Shown here piece by piece: positions 28,732-41,000 of a stretch of 64,000 nucleotides of DNA. This DNA comes from Tetramitus jugosus (taxonomy: Eukaryota > Protista > Heterolobosea): contig OW569348.1 of assembly GCA_937625935.1 (NCBI GenBank), positions 248,001 to 312,000 on the forward strand, read 5' to 3'. Made by a program: the position numbers and the translations under genes. The stretch's first letter is position 1. Each line of letters begins with the position of its first letter. Under the pieces are notes generated by a model that had not been told where the DNA came from, did no database searches, and saw only the letters and a list, made by a program, of their open reading frames with translations.

Positions 28732-30575
28732 ATGAATGTTCACTTCGATATTCCAAAGACAGATACCGATCCATGTGTGGATACAACATTAGAAATTATT
28801 GACTCCTCTTCTCTCCCAGAACAAGAGTTACTTGGTAGAGTTTGTGAGATGAGGCTGCGCCATTCTTCCAATCTTGAATCTATCGAAAGAGAATATCTGG
28901 CACAAAAGTCCCAAGAAATCTTACTCGATACTACCTCTAAACCTGTTCACCAAGTTGTATCATTTAACAGTACTGGCTCGTTAGATCAGTTTCCAGTGCA
29001 CCAAATCGAAAGTCGGTCGTCAGGCTCCTCCAAACCGAACGAGAGAGGTGAAACGGTCAAGAGAGCTTGGAATTCGGACGAGATACGTGAAGAAGAATTC
29101 AAAGATTATTCAATATTTGATCCGTCTACTGTCGTTTATGAATCAGAAGAAGAAATAGATCATCAAGCTTGGATAGACAACATATCTGACTCTCTTACCA
29201 GTGTTAGCGAGTATGAAATGTATAACCGAAGCAACCTAGATGACTCTTTGGTAGACAATAGGAAAAGAGATATTACAATTCCGATACCGTTTTCTTTCAC
29301 TGATAGAGAATATTCTAAGGCTAAATCAATCAGAAGGAAACGCTTTGAAGAATACTTGCGAACATTAAGAGAAGAAGAGGAATATTATCACAAAAACACA
29401 TTCAAAGCAAACCCGATACCTCTATCTACTATTGAACCCAGGTATGAACAACTTCAGATCAGGAATTCTTTGAACAAAAAGCACTTGAAAACAACAGCCA
29501 GGGAACTAGCAAGGTCTCTTCAAAACCCTTTCAAATTTGCTGAACGAGATGCCAAAAAAGCGAAGGAGAAGGAGTTGAGAATGAAGCCCAAAGTGGAAAA
29601 ATTTCGACAATTCAAGGCAAACCCTGTGCCTCGATCAACAATGGAAGTGAGATACGACAAAATGCTGAGAATGGATCAAAAGATCAGACAACGGAGAATA
29701 GAAGTAAGGTCAAGAGACCTGTTCCATAGATCTAGTCTCCCGCCTCGTATGGCCATGCATGAAGCCCTGAAGGCCACCCAAGGCCAAGCATCCAAGGAGG
29801 TCACACGATTCTCCTTCCAACCAAAGATCAATGCAACAGTTCCCGACTTTGCAAGACTGCAAAATGAATTCTATTCCGAAATGTCCATGAAAAAACAGTC
29901 GAAACCATTAACTCAAGTGAAGGAATTCTCTTTCCACAGAAGTAGTTCTGAGAATAAGATACTATCACAAGCGAAACAAATGGATGAGTATGGCCATAAT
30001 GTTCAAAAGGACACTTATCGTTCTTCTTCGGTTCCTCCATTATACAAAACGGTTCGTACAAAAAGAAATTTCCGATCAAGGGTGCATTCTATTGTATCAC
30101 TAACACCAATCAATAGCCAAAAGTGAAAGCAGAGCCAACAAAAGCACAGAAGCTTCGAGATGAAATGATTCGTAAAACACTGGAAGCACGAGAAAGAAAA
30201 CGAATAGAGAAAGAGAGGGAAGATGAAGAAAGAGAAGCAAAGATGAAGAACAACACAGTTCTGGTCGTCCAAAACCTTGGACCAACAACAACTGTCAATG
30301 ATGAATTGGAAATTCGTCGAAAAGCAAAAATGGAAGATAACACAGCAACCAAAAAAGTCATTGCGCAACGAAACCTTGAATTGAAGCAAAAGATGCAAGA
30401 TAGGCCACTTTTGTTCGAGACGGATATCACAAGAACAGCAAGAGAGCGAGTGATGAACAAGATCAGAAAGACTTTAAAGGAGACAGGAACTGAATACTTG
30501 CTTGCATCTCTCGAAACGGTGAGAGGTGTGAATGATACCAACAGGACCCATATGTCACACAATCACGGTAACTGA
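28732..30575 (+). CDS. FAM161: FAM161-family (UPF0564) centriolar microtubule-binding protein; exons 28732-30051 and 30117-30575
   Basis: ITIPIPFSFTDRE, FKANPIP, FKANPVP, LPPRM, FQPKINATVPDF. Intron GTTCGT…CTAAC…ATAG joins the two ORFs in frame. Confidence 0.85.
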
Positions 30576-30884
30576 AATGTAACAACAATTTGGTTTGTTC
30601 AGCACCGGATGACATCATAAATATTTATGCCAACCTGTTTTCCAAAGTCTCCTTGTCACGAGCGACTCCCATTGATGTTGATGACTGTTGCTATGCCAAG
30701 AAGTGAAACCATTTCTTGCATTTGATTTCATGGTAAAATCTGTTTGTTTCTAGCAAACGGAGAACCTTCATTCTTTTGGTTGAAGTTCAAGCAGTCAACC
30801 TTCGATGAATTTGGGTTGACAAAGAAAAATCAATCCAACAAAACAAAACAAAAAAACAAAGTCTTTACATCACCACACATCACA

Positions 30885-31601
30885 ATGGTTAGTTAATTTT
30901 CACATGAAATGTCATTCGCAACAAGAGCTCTCATCAAATGTTACCGCCCACCACCACTTCTTCTTTCAACTCTTGTTGCGGTTCTTGTCAAAATTGTTAC
31001 AAAGTCACAACATTGATATTAACTCGATTGTTTCTTCTATCCACAGCCAAAAGTTAACGAAAACAAGACTAAGAAGACCAAGATTGAGAAGCTCAGCAAC
31101 CCAATGAGAAAGATCTTCATTGAGAAGCTCTGCCTCAACGTTTCCCCTGGTGAAACTGGTGATAGATTGACCAAGGCCGGCAAGGTTCTTGAACAATTGA
31201 CTGACCAAGCTCCAGTCTACTCCAAGGCTAGATTGACCATCAGAACTTTCGGTATCAGAAGAAATGAAAAGATCGCCGTCAACTGTACTGTCAGAGGTGA
31301 GAAGGCTAGAGAATTGTTGAAGAGAGGTTTGAGAGTCAAGGACTTTGAATTGAGACACAAGAACTTTTCCGAGGGTGGCAACTTCGGTTTCGGTATCCAA
31401 GAACACATTGATTTGGGTATGAAGTACGATCCTTCTATTGGTATCTTCGGTATGGATTTCTATGTCGTGTTGAAGAGAGCTGGTTCCCGTGTTGCTACCA
31501 GAAAACGTGCAAGAGGCCGTGTCGGTATTCAACATATTGTCACAAAGGAAGAAGCTAAGAAGTGGTTCCAAGACGAATTTGAAGGTATTATCCTTGCTTA
31601 A
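30885..31601 (+). CDS. RPL11: 60S ribosomal protein L11 (uL5); ATG-only first exon (30885-30887), intron 30888-31046
   Basis: [25 protein letters not shown]…[14 protein letters not shown], strong codon bias, ATG|GTTAGT…CCACAG. Confidence 0.97.
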
Positions 31602-31654
31602 ACAGTCTATAAAGTTTTCTTAATACAAAAGCTGTTTTTGTGTAAAATTGTGCT

Positions 31655-33970
31655 TTACTTTATCGGTGACTTATTTTTCTGCCTTGTTCTCTTCATTAGT
31701 GTCAGTTCCTTCTCAAGGGCCAAACGATCGTTCTCTGATAGTTCCAACTGGTCCTTGAGAAGGTCATACTCTTGCTGTACTTCGCTGACATATTGAATTG
31801 CTTGGTCCAACAATGATTCTTTCTCTTCCAATTTTGCTGCTAGACTTCGGGCATAGTCCACAGACGTGTTCAGTTGAAGTTTAACATCAGTAAATTGCAG
31901 ATTCCGGTTCAGAACTTGACTCACCTCGTTGAGTTTACTGATAACTCTATTGGTGTTCGCAACATTAGATGCCTGAGGCTTCTTATCCGATCCTTCCTTG
32001 AGAACATTGATCATCACTTCCAAGACAGCCTGGATTTGAGACAAACTAGTTTTGGTTCCTCTCAAATCTCGGTGCATATCCTCGATTGATTCATTCTGGT
32101 TTTGTATTTTGCTTTTTGCCAGTTGTAGATCTCCTACGATGGCTCTCACACGTTCTATCGAAGAGGGATTGTGCTCCATGTCCTTCAATAGCCCTTCAAT
32201 TTCATTCTTGAGTTGCTCAATAATCAACTCAGATTCTCTCTTTTCTTTGGCTAAAAATTCTGCCTCCTTCGCTTGGAGTTCTATCTTGTTAGTGTATTCC
32301 TTCTCCTTATGCTGAAAACTGCGTTCCATTGATTCTATTCTGTTGGTTAAGTGATCAACATCTCTCGATGTTGCTCCTCGAGATTCACTGAGTTTCGATT
32401 GAAGAGAAGCAACCTTTTCTCTTGTTTGAGCGAGATTTTGCTTTACCTCCAGGTGTTCCTTCTCCTTCACTTCAAGTTCATTTCTCAAGCGAGTCAACTC
32501 ATCTTCCGTTCTCTTGATCTTCACATAGGACAATTTAAGTTTCTTGTTTAAATCTTCTACATGTTTCCTCTCCAGTTCCAATGATTCTTCCATGGATTCG
32601 TTCCTTTCTACTTGTTCTTCCAAAGACCCAACCTTTGATTTAAGCAAAGAATTCATCTTTTCTAATTGGGCATTCGAGTCTCGAAGTTGTGAAATTTGAG
32701 ATGTCAATTTCTCCTTTTCAGTTTTATCAATACTGAGCGATGTATTCTTTTTGGCTTCCCATTGGCTCTTAAGATCTTCAAACTGAGTTTTAAGAATGTT
32801 AATGTTAGAGGAATATTGTTCAGCTCTCGTAGTTTGTCTATGCAATTCTGATTTTGCGTCCTCTAATTGATTACTGCATTCTTCCAAAGCACCTTTAATC
32901 TCTTGGTTTTCATTGACTAATTCGCTAATTCTCAGCTCTTGAGATTTAATTAGAGCAGAGTACTCTTCTTCCTTGTTCATATCGGCTTCTTTCAGTTTTT
33001 CCTTAAAGCTCAGTATTGTTTTCTCAAACGTCGTGGCTGTTTTGGCTGAGTTGTTGAGAAAGTGTGACAGTTCTCCATTGTTTTGCAGCGCTTCGGTCAA
33101 TTCCTTCTTCTCCTGAATTAAAATTTCTTCTTCCTTCTTGTATTGATCTAGACTCTGGTTCAAATATTTCCCTTCTTCTACGAGCAATGTATTGGTTTCG
33201 GTCAGGTTTTCAACCTGATTCTTCAAATTTTCGATAGTGTTGTTCAGCATTTGTACCTGATCCTGATCGATAGGAGAGGTGCCACTCATATGGACAATTT
33301 TCTTTGCTCTCTCCAATTCAGTAATCGCTCTCTGTTTCTCAGTGTACAGTGAACTCAATTCGGATGTCAAATTATGATTCTCTTCTTGAATGAGCTCGTT
33401 CTCTTGTTTCATCATCTGTAAGTTTTTACTAGCCTCTTCGTACAGGGTTCTCAATTCGTTCAACTCTCGTTGTGATTCCTCAAACATGTTGTGAACAAGA
33501 CTATTGTTGTTGTCATTCCTTAGATTCGTCGTACTACGTTCGACTAATCTTTGGGTTTCTTCTTCCATCGAGTTGTTTAATGCATTTAATTCTTCAATGG
33601 TTCGATCTCTTTGTGCAATTTGAGTCTCAGCAAAATTAATTTCATCTACCAATTCAGTCAAGTGAAGTTTGTACCTCGCTACTTCTTGCTTTAAAGATTC
33701 AACTTGCTGATTCATTTCAGTCTGGCGAGCAAAAAGAGAAGAGGATGGATCTTCATTGATGGCTTGAACATTGAACAATGAAGAATCGTTCATCGTGTGG
33801 TGAATCTCTGGAGCAAATCGAACCGTGTTTCTTTTTGAGCTTGCACTAGCAACAGGAGAGAAGTTGGAGGAGTTAACTTCGCTGTTTGCAAGTGAAGAAG
33901 AGCTGTAATTCCTTGGTATGGGCACTCTGTTATTGGGCGAGTAGACAGAGGAAGAGGAACCATTTAGCAT
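31655..33970 (-). CDS. Long coiled-coil protein (possibly centrosomal)
   Basis: 771 aa E/K/L/Q-rich heptad pattern; no catalytic motif. Confidence 0.7.
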   Translation of the reverse strand: MLNGSSSSVYSPNNRVPIPRNYSSSSLANSEVNSSNFSPVASASSKRNTVRFAPEIHHTMNDSSLFNVQAINEDPSSSLFARQTEMNQQVESLKQEVARYKLHLTELVDEINFAETQIAQRDRTIEELNALNNSMEEETQRLVERSTTNLRNDNNNSLVHNMFEESQRELNELRTLYEEASKNLQMMKQENELIQEENHNLTSELSSLYTEKQRAITELERAKKIVHMSGTSPIDQDQVQMLNNTIENLKNQVENLTETNTLLVEEGKYLNQSLDQYKKEEEILIQEKKELTEALQNNGELSHFLNNSAKTATTFEKTILSFKEKLKEADMNKEEEYSALIKSQELRISELVNENQEIKGALEECSNQLEDAKSELHRQTTRAEQYSSNINILKTQFEDLKSQWEAKKNTSLSIDKTEKEKLTSQISQLRDSNAQLEKMNSLLKSKVGSLEEQVERNESMEESLELERKHVEDLNKKLKLSYVKIKRTEDELTRLRNELEVKEKEHLEVKQNLAQTREKVASLQSKLSESRGATSRDVDHLTNRIESMERSFQHKEKEYTNKIELQAKEAEFLAKEKRESELIIEQLKNEIEGLLKDMEHNPSSIERVRAIVGDLQLAKSKIQNQNESIEDMHRDLRGTKTSLSQIQAVLEVMINVLKEGSDKKPQASNVANTNRVISKLNEVSQVLNRNLQFTDVKLQLNTSVDYARSLAAKLEEKESLLDQAIQYVSEVQQEYDLLKDQLELSENDRLALEKELTLMKRTRQKNKSPIK

Positions 33971-34165
33971 GTCTGTTGATCTATTGGTTTAACAATGAGT
34001 GTGCAAGTGACTCGATGTGTTTATTTCCTTTTTGCTCTTGATCGCATGCACTCAAAAAACGGTTTTTCCAGTGAATGAGCATTAGGCCTTTTGATCAGCA
34101 ACAGAGCAGAGGAGAACAAAGTTCGAAAGTTATCCCTATCACAGTGAAGTCTTCTATAGAGGAGA

Positions 34166-37100
34166 CTATTGCGGTGGAGGCGAGGCAGGTGAGTATTCCT
34201 TCCTGCCGAGCCTTTGATCGAACATTACACGCTTAAGTCTCACAACTTCATTCACTAGCTCAGTCAGACCCTTCTTTTGAAAGCAGCTCACCTCCTTGAA
34301 AGAGGCAATATGGCTTGCCTTCGCGAGCTTTTGACCATTTGCAGTTGTGACAATCTCAGGTTTTTCATACGTGGCAATATCACTCTCTCTAGCATCGGTC
34401 TTTAATCCAGCCAGAATAATGCTCTTTGTATCTGCAGAGTGCGATTTGACTGATTTTAAGTGTCTGACCCATTTCTTGGCCACACGTAATGAATATTGAT
34501 CATCGGTAGCGTAGCACAGAATGACAACATCCACGGATTTGAGTACGCTCTCCGTGCAGTCTTGTCTGCACGTGTTGTTATCCCCTGTAGCAATAAATAC
34601 ATAATCAGAATTAATACATTTGAAATCTCCAAGAAGCTAATGTACCCAAACGGATGAGCTCATCAATGATACATACAGAAATACATAAAATAGTCCTGAT
34701 TATCCTCTGTACATGTATGATAGTGATAGGGCCATGCGGTTACTTGGTGAGACACATAGGATTCAATCATATACAGAGGATTGTTCGTTAGAGCTTGAAC
34801 CAACGACGTTTTGCCGACTTCGTCATCTCCCACAATCATCACTCGAATTTGATGATAAATGTAGAATCGTCTATAGTCACTCAAAACGTTTGTCAGTCGT
34901 AATCCTTTTTGGACACAAAAATGCTTCCATCGAATATCACTCGTACAAATATCATGCAGGAACCAATTCACTAGTGACACTCGTAATATATCATGAAAGT
35001 CAAAGAACTCACATATCCAAAACACGAGATCATGCGGTAAAATATTAAATAGACTCTCTGTTTCACTAAACCGCCGAACAGCCTGCGTAAAAATGGTTTC
35101 GTCATGTCCTCGTTTCGTTGATGCTTTACTCTTCCGCAATCGCCTGTAATCATCGTATGCGGACGATGTACTGGTCGACTGCGAGCTCATACTCTGAATC
35201 AGTGATAATCGTGCTTCGTCGTGCCGTCCTCCAATCATTACTGCTAATGTACTCGAGCTAGGAATGGGTGCAGCAACTGTTTGTATAGGTGCTGCCACTC
35301 TCGGAGATGTCATTGACCTGGGTGACACGACATTGCCCCTGGGTGATGAAATGCCGCCGTTTGATCCTCTTGGAGAGTTCATTGTTTTCGATGGACTGGT
35401 AATCAGAGAAGATGAGGGAGGTGATGATGACAAAGCCAATGATAATGCTCCATTCTCATTCTGACCCTTGAATAGCTTTGTAAGACCAGTCTTGATCGAA
35501 TGATTCTCCTTGAATGATAAGCGCCGCGATGTGTGAGGCGATGTGTCGGCACAGTATCCCAACAGATCATAATCCTCCGCAGTCATGGACGATGCATCGT
35601 TTGATGACACTGACGAGGACAATGATGACGACGAGGAAGACAATGTCAAACCAGAGAGATTCAATGGTCCTGTGTGCGACGAAGGAGGAGACAATGGCTT
35701 ATCACTGGTCATATTGGGTGTTTCTTGACCAATGTGCAGCGCCGATGTTGATTTTGTCAGATTGGCAATCACAGAGAATCGATTCGATAGATTGAGTGAT
35801 AGCTTGGATCGCCTCGAGTGAGCCGTATGCGTGTCCTGATTTTGCTGCTGTTGATTCAATGTTTGTACCGATGATGGTTGATTGCTCCACGCAATTTCCT
35901 CATAGAGCGGATTAAACAATTCGATAAACAAATCGTCATTCTCTTCTACGACAGCATCAACAACACTGGAATCAAGTGCTGTTGTAGATGAACGACGACA
36001 CAATGTACATTGTGTTCCAGTAGGACTACTCCTGCTACCATTCCCTAGCTCTAAACCCACATACAAATCATTGAAATACTCGATCGGAATATCATTAAAT
36101 GTCTCCGCTTCTACAGTCGGTTTAATGGTTCGGTGAAGGTTCATGCTGTTGCGGCGATTGATGCGATCAATGTTGACCAATGAGTGCGAAAGCTCCATCA
36201 CGTCACATCCTAGCTCAGACACAATACTCAACAACATTTGTCTCTCTTGTCTCCACATGTACTTTATATTCTCAACTTCTGCGTGAAGCTTTTGATCCTC
36301 TCGTCTCTGATTTCTCTCCAGTTCCTGTTGCGATGGTTCATAATATTGAAAACATGGTTTGTTATTCTTGTTGTTGTTACTATTATTACTATTACTACTG
36401 TTATTGTTGTTATTGTTGAGTCGTATGAGAGAAGCACGAATGATACTCTGAAGTGGTATCATTGATTTTTGAATCATCACTTCAGAGTGAATCATCAAAT
36501 TTGATGATGATTGTTTCTCATCGTCCACATGACAATTGTTGTTTTGATTGTGTTGTTCTTCTTCTTGTTGTTGTTGTTGCTGTTCCTGTGGTATTGATAT
36601 TTGTATTGGTCGTTCCTTTTGTTCTTGTTCTTGTTGTTGTTCTTGACATGTTGAATCTGGTGATGATGATGATGATGATATTGTTGTTGTTGTTGTTGAT
36701 TGAGTTCCTCTGGGTGTTAGAGTAGTATAGACACTCACAGTAGATGCTGGACCTGTTGTTCTCTTATTGGTCATACTGTTGCACCGTTTCAACATTTTCT
36801 TGTTTTGAAATTCAATGACCCATGGAGCAATCTTTTCATCACCACCATCACTTGTTGTTGTTGTTGTAATGGTGGGTATGGTGATTGTTGTTGAAGTCGT
36901 AGGAGTAGGAGTAGGAGTAGTAGGAGTCGGAGTGGTGGTGGTGGTGGCAGTAGTCGTAGAAGGATCCTTGTTGAATTGATTGTTGTTCGTTGAAGTTGCT
37001 GTTGTTGTTGTTACAGCTGTACTCTTCAAGAGGGATCGACTCTTGGCATAATCTTCAACAACAATTATTGTTCCAGTAGTTGATGTTGTTGTTGTTGTTG

Positions 37101-37203
37101 CCGTGTTGTTTCTCGGTGATGGATGTTTTTGTGGGGCCTTGTTGTCGTTTTTGTTGATGGGCTCGGTCGTTGTGGTTGTCACCATTGGTGGTGAAGATGT
37201 CAT
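34166..37203 (-). CDS. Low-complexity N-terminus plus F-box plus Rho-like small GTPase fusion; intron 34585-34676
   Basis: F-box FNILPHDLVFWICEFFDFHDILRVSLVNW…W; G1 GDDEVGKTS; after GTATGT…TACAG splicing YFWDNN…DVVILCY, G4 GLKTD, G5 EVSC. Confidence 0.8.
36360..37100. repeat. Coding trinucleotide microsatellite tracts (TTG/TTA/GAT)n encoding poly-T/N/Q/S
   Basis: Direct inspection. Similar tracts occur at about 2765-2890, 13170-13220, 15440-15462 and 61130-61200. Confidence 0.8.
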
Positions 37204-37700
37204 CTATGTGTGTTTGAATGATTTTTCTGCAATGTTCGTTGTTGTGACAATGAAAACAGCCGTTGTTGTGTTTTTGCCTAAAGATAGTTATGTTTTTTGT
37301 TGTGCGTAGTAGGTGAAACTGCAGTAACTGGATCAACGTGGATTGTCACTGTGTTGTTTCGAGTGATGTGTTTTGTTTCTTGCCGAACAATGGAGAAAAA
37401 GGAAGAATAAGGGTAGTCACCCGAAATTTGTCTGGCCAGTCAATTTTGAGAGAGCGGATTTTGGGAAGGCCCATTTTGTAGCAGGGACACTTCATTCGTT
37501 CAGACAGAGCGTTTCATGTGACACACCCTTCTGTTTCCGTTCGGTGTTTCTTTCCCTACTTTTCATTGAACATCAAGCCCGGTAAATCTTTACAATTTCT
37601 CTACCTGTTATCGGAAAAACTACACGGCAATTCACACAAGAAAGCGAAATAAAAGAGCAAACAAAAAAGACCGCCACCACACAACAACAACATCGAAAGA

Positions 37701-37967
37701 ATGAGCGAACTAGAGAGAGCAGAATATCAACTTCAAATCGATCAAACTAACTTTAATGCAGTCATGATCACGACTATTCATGAAGTTTGCTTCAAAAAGT
37801 GCAAGACAACATTCTTTTCCCCAGATTTAGCTCTGCCTGATCAAACATGCCTGAAAGCCTGTGTCAAAAAGTTCAATGAAGCAATGAGTGAAACAAACCG
37901 CGTCTTGTACGAGAGACTTGAAAAGACAAACAAACAAATGCAACAAATGCAAGCACCTCAAGAGTAA
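37701..37967 (+). CDS. Small Tim chaperone (Tim9/Tim10 family)
   Basis: 88 aa with twin CX3C motif CFKKC…CLKAC. Confidence 0.85.
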   Translation: MSELERAEYQLQIDQTNFNAVMITTIHEVCFKKCKTTFFSPDLALPDQTCLKACVKKFNEAMSETNRVLYERLEKTNKQMQQMQAPQE

Positions 37968-38070
37968 TTTTTTTGGCTGCAAAAATAAAAAAAACAATCT
38001 AATGCACTTGAATGTGACGTCACATTGCTGCCGTACGTTTTTTTTGGGTTGGTGGTTGAATTGCGTTTTT

Positions 38071-41000
38071 TTAGCTTGTTTGTTGTTGCTCAATGTCTGT
38101 CATGCGATCTACGATCGGTGAAAGCTTTTGCTCACAGAAATCGAGCAGCATTTTGGCCAAGTGGTACTCTGCAGTTTGTTGAGCTCCTGTCTGCGTGAGC
38201 AGCGACACACTCGATCGCAGTAACTGTTTGGTTTGTTTGATTTGTTGGCTGGTCCATTCGATCAGAGTTTGTGCCTCGCTTTGGGCTGGCATCATCACCG
38301 TAGTTGGTGTGCTTGGTTCTGCGTCCGAAGTGGGATCCTCTCTGTGCATGAATGGAGTAATGTATGAAAAGAGCTTGGGTGGCATCTCTGTGAGAGCATG
38401 AGCAATGATGCGGCTGTAGTTTTTGCCAATCGATTCATTGTTGTCAGTGTTACTGATCCGGTGAAGGAGATTTGCGATACGAACAGTGGAAATCTCAAGC
38501 ATCATCTGACCCACCGAAGTTCTTGTCTGAGCATCTTGGATTGTAGATAATAGTTCATATGCTTCAGAGTCACGCCCAGTAGACAATAATATTCTCATAT
38601 GCTCCAGATTGACGAGATGAATGTCTATACCAGACAGACAATCACTCTCTGCGAGACGCACAGCTGATTCCACAAAGTTCTGACCGAGTAGTTGCCGAAT
38701 GACCTTAACCCTTTGCTTCTTTAGTTGAGCATTCTTTGATTTGCGGCCTTTTTGGGACAGCTTCACCTTTGCTGTTAGTTCTTTAATTGAATCGTCAATG
38801 AGCAACTTCATTTGAACCAGGTTTCCTATTTTTCGTAGCAGTGGAAGCAATACTCTCTTCTTTGAGAATAGTTGAGATAAATTGACGGTCACTGCCCTGC
38901 CAATTTGCTCCCATACCATGATGTGCACAAATCGAAGAACAGACAAAAACTGTGAATAAGTTTGGCTGCTTTGTTCTTTTCTAGGAGCCAACAGTCTGAT
39001 ATCGTATAGTATAGTATCATTTGGTGGCCATTGGTGGTCGAGGATTGAATCGCTTGAGCTTAAGTCTGTGAGTGATTCATCAGTATTGTCAAGGATAGTC
39101 AGTGCTTCCATAACTTGCTTTCCTTCATTATGTTGAGATAGAGTGATTAGCTGGGCTAGAATTGATTCGTAAAACTTGTACAGATTATCGAGAGATTTCA
39201 TCGATCTCACCTTGGTGACATTGTACAGATTTTCTTTAGTTGGATAGGATGTATTTTCTATGCACCATTTAACAAGTTCTGCTAAGTGATGCTGTGCAAA
39301 TGAATCCCAAATTGAAACCAGAAAGAAATAATAATCTTGCTTCCCTCTGTCTGATTCTGCACTAGATAACTGTTGTAGGTAGAGTGTAGCCAAATCAAAA
39401 TGTTCCAAATGTATTGCCTCATTAACACAATGTAGCTTAATAATCGTATCTATCTTATCAGTTGGTTGTGTGTCAATCAGTACTCCTTCTTCTGCTTCGA
39501 TTTGATGAAGAGATGGAAACTCGGCAAGTAATTGATTAACAGGACCGCAGTAGATATCACTCGTAGTATTATCAATCAAGCCTCGATATACTTGTTCTTT
39601 AGCTAACAGTTGAGGCAGTGACAATTGTCCATCTTCAAAAGCTTCAAGAGACATATCCAGCGATTGAACCCTGGGCGAAATCAAGGTAGACTTAATATAT
39701 AAAATTTGTGATAATTGACCCATGATCTGATCGACTTTCCTGTGAAGCTCAGAGTCAGATGTTTCTAATTTGAGAGTCATTTCTTTCTTGTAAATGGACA
39801 AGAAGAGGATGGCATTTAAAATCTTGGTTGTCTTTCTCGCTTGTGCCAATATATGATCTAGATCCCTCATGGTGGAGCTCAAATGTAGTTTTGTTGTATT
39901 TTTTGGTAAGATGATCGATTTGCTCGTCGGAAAGATCATTCTTATGATTTTTTGAATGCTATCGGGTGAAATTGACAGTAGTACACCTGTGTCTAAGTGT
40001 TCCATTATCCAAAATACAAACAGTCCTTGCATATCAGCAGCGCTCATATGAATACGTGTCAATATTTTGGTTGTTAAATGGTTTGACTTCGAAATATAGG
40101 AGAAGAGAATATCGCTCAACCTCTCCTTCTCAAGGTTATTTAGTGTTCGGAGTGGTATAAAATATGTTTCTTCCTTTCCCTTTCGTATGGTTCGATCATC
40201 CAGCTTAAAACTATCGATGAATAGCGCGACATCAGAAGGCTGTAACTTGATGGGTTGCAGCGGATTGCTATCTGATTCTAAAATATAATTATGATACATT
40301 GATTCTGTTTCCATGATCCATTCTTGCCCACCACTATTGTATTGCTCAATAATCTCAAACTCAGTATCTCCAAAAGTTTTCTTCACTTTTGACTCTGACT
40401 GAATAAGTTCCAAGACACTAAGCAGTTGTATTCGATTCTTAGTCCATGTTTGAAAGGCACTCCACGTAGCATCATTATGAGTGGTATAGTTGTTCTGCAA
40501 TATGGATAATGCTTCGTTCGTTAGTTCTCGATGAGTCGCAACTGGTAGGGCAGTCGCTAAAATTTCGGTTAATCCTTTGATAAGCTGAGAATATGATGAG
40601 AATTGATCAAGTAAGAGTTTCAAATGTTCTTCTGTGCTTCCTTTCTCGGCAGCAAGCACGAATTGATGAACACTCGTATCATCTGGACTGTTAACTCTTG
40701 CAAACGCTGTTGCTGACTGCTTATAAATACCATAGTTGTTTTCTCTCGATATTGACACTTTAGATGATTTCGTACTATTGTAGGTAAGTCGTTCTATCGT
40801 GCCACTCTTATCCAGCACGAATATTCCTTGAATTCCGTGGAAGATAAAATTATTTGATAGATCATCTCCCTTTTTGGAATGAAGACACATTGCAGGAGGT
40901 GCACATAAAAGCAACTTATCATAACCAACATTCTCAATATACTCTCGCTTCCAAGTCGCCATGTTCCAATACTCTAACAGCCCTCGTAAAGGTGAATAAA

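Noticed and set aside
30123-30126. Programmed frameshift between ORFs 28714-30126 and 30123-30575
   Set aside because: Explained by a canonical 65-nt intron (30052-30116) with a CTAAC branch site.
34133-34162. TCCCTATCA…GTGA…TAGAG resembling a tet operator
   Set aside because: Interrupted, non-palindromic and without vector context; chance match.
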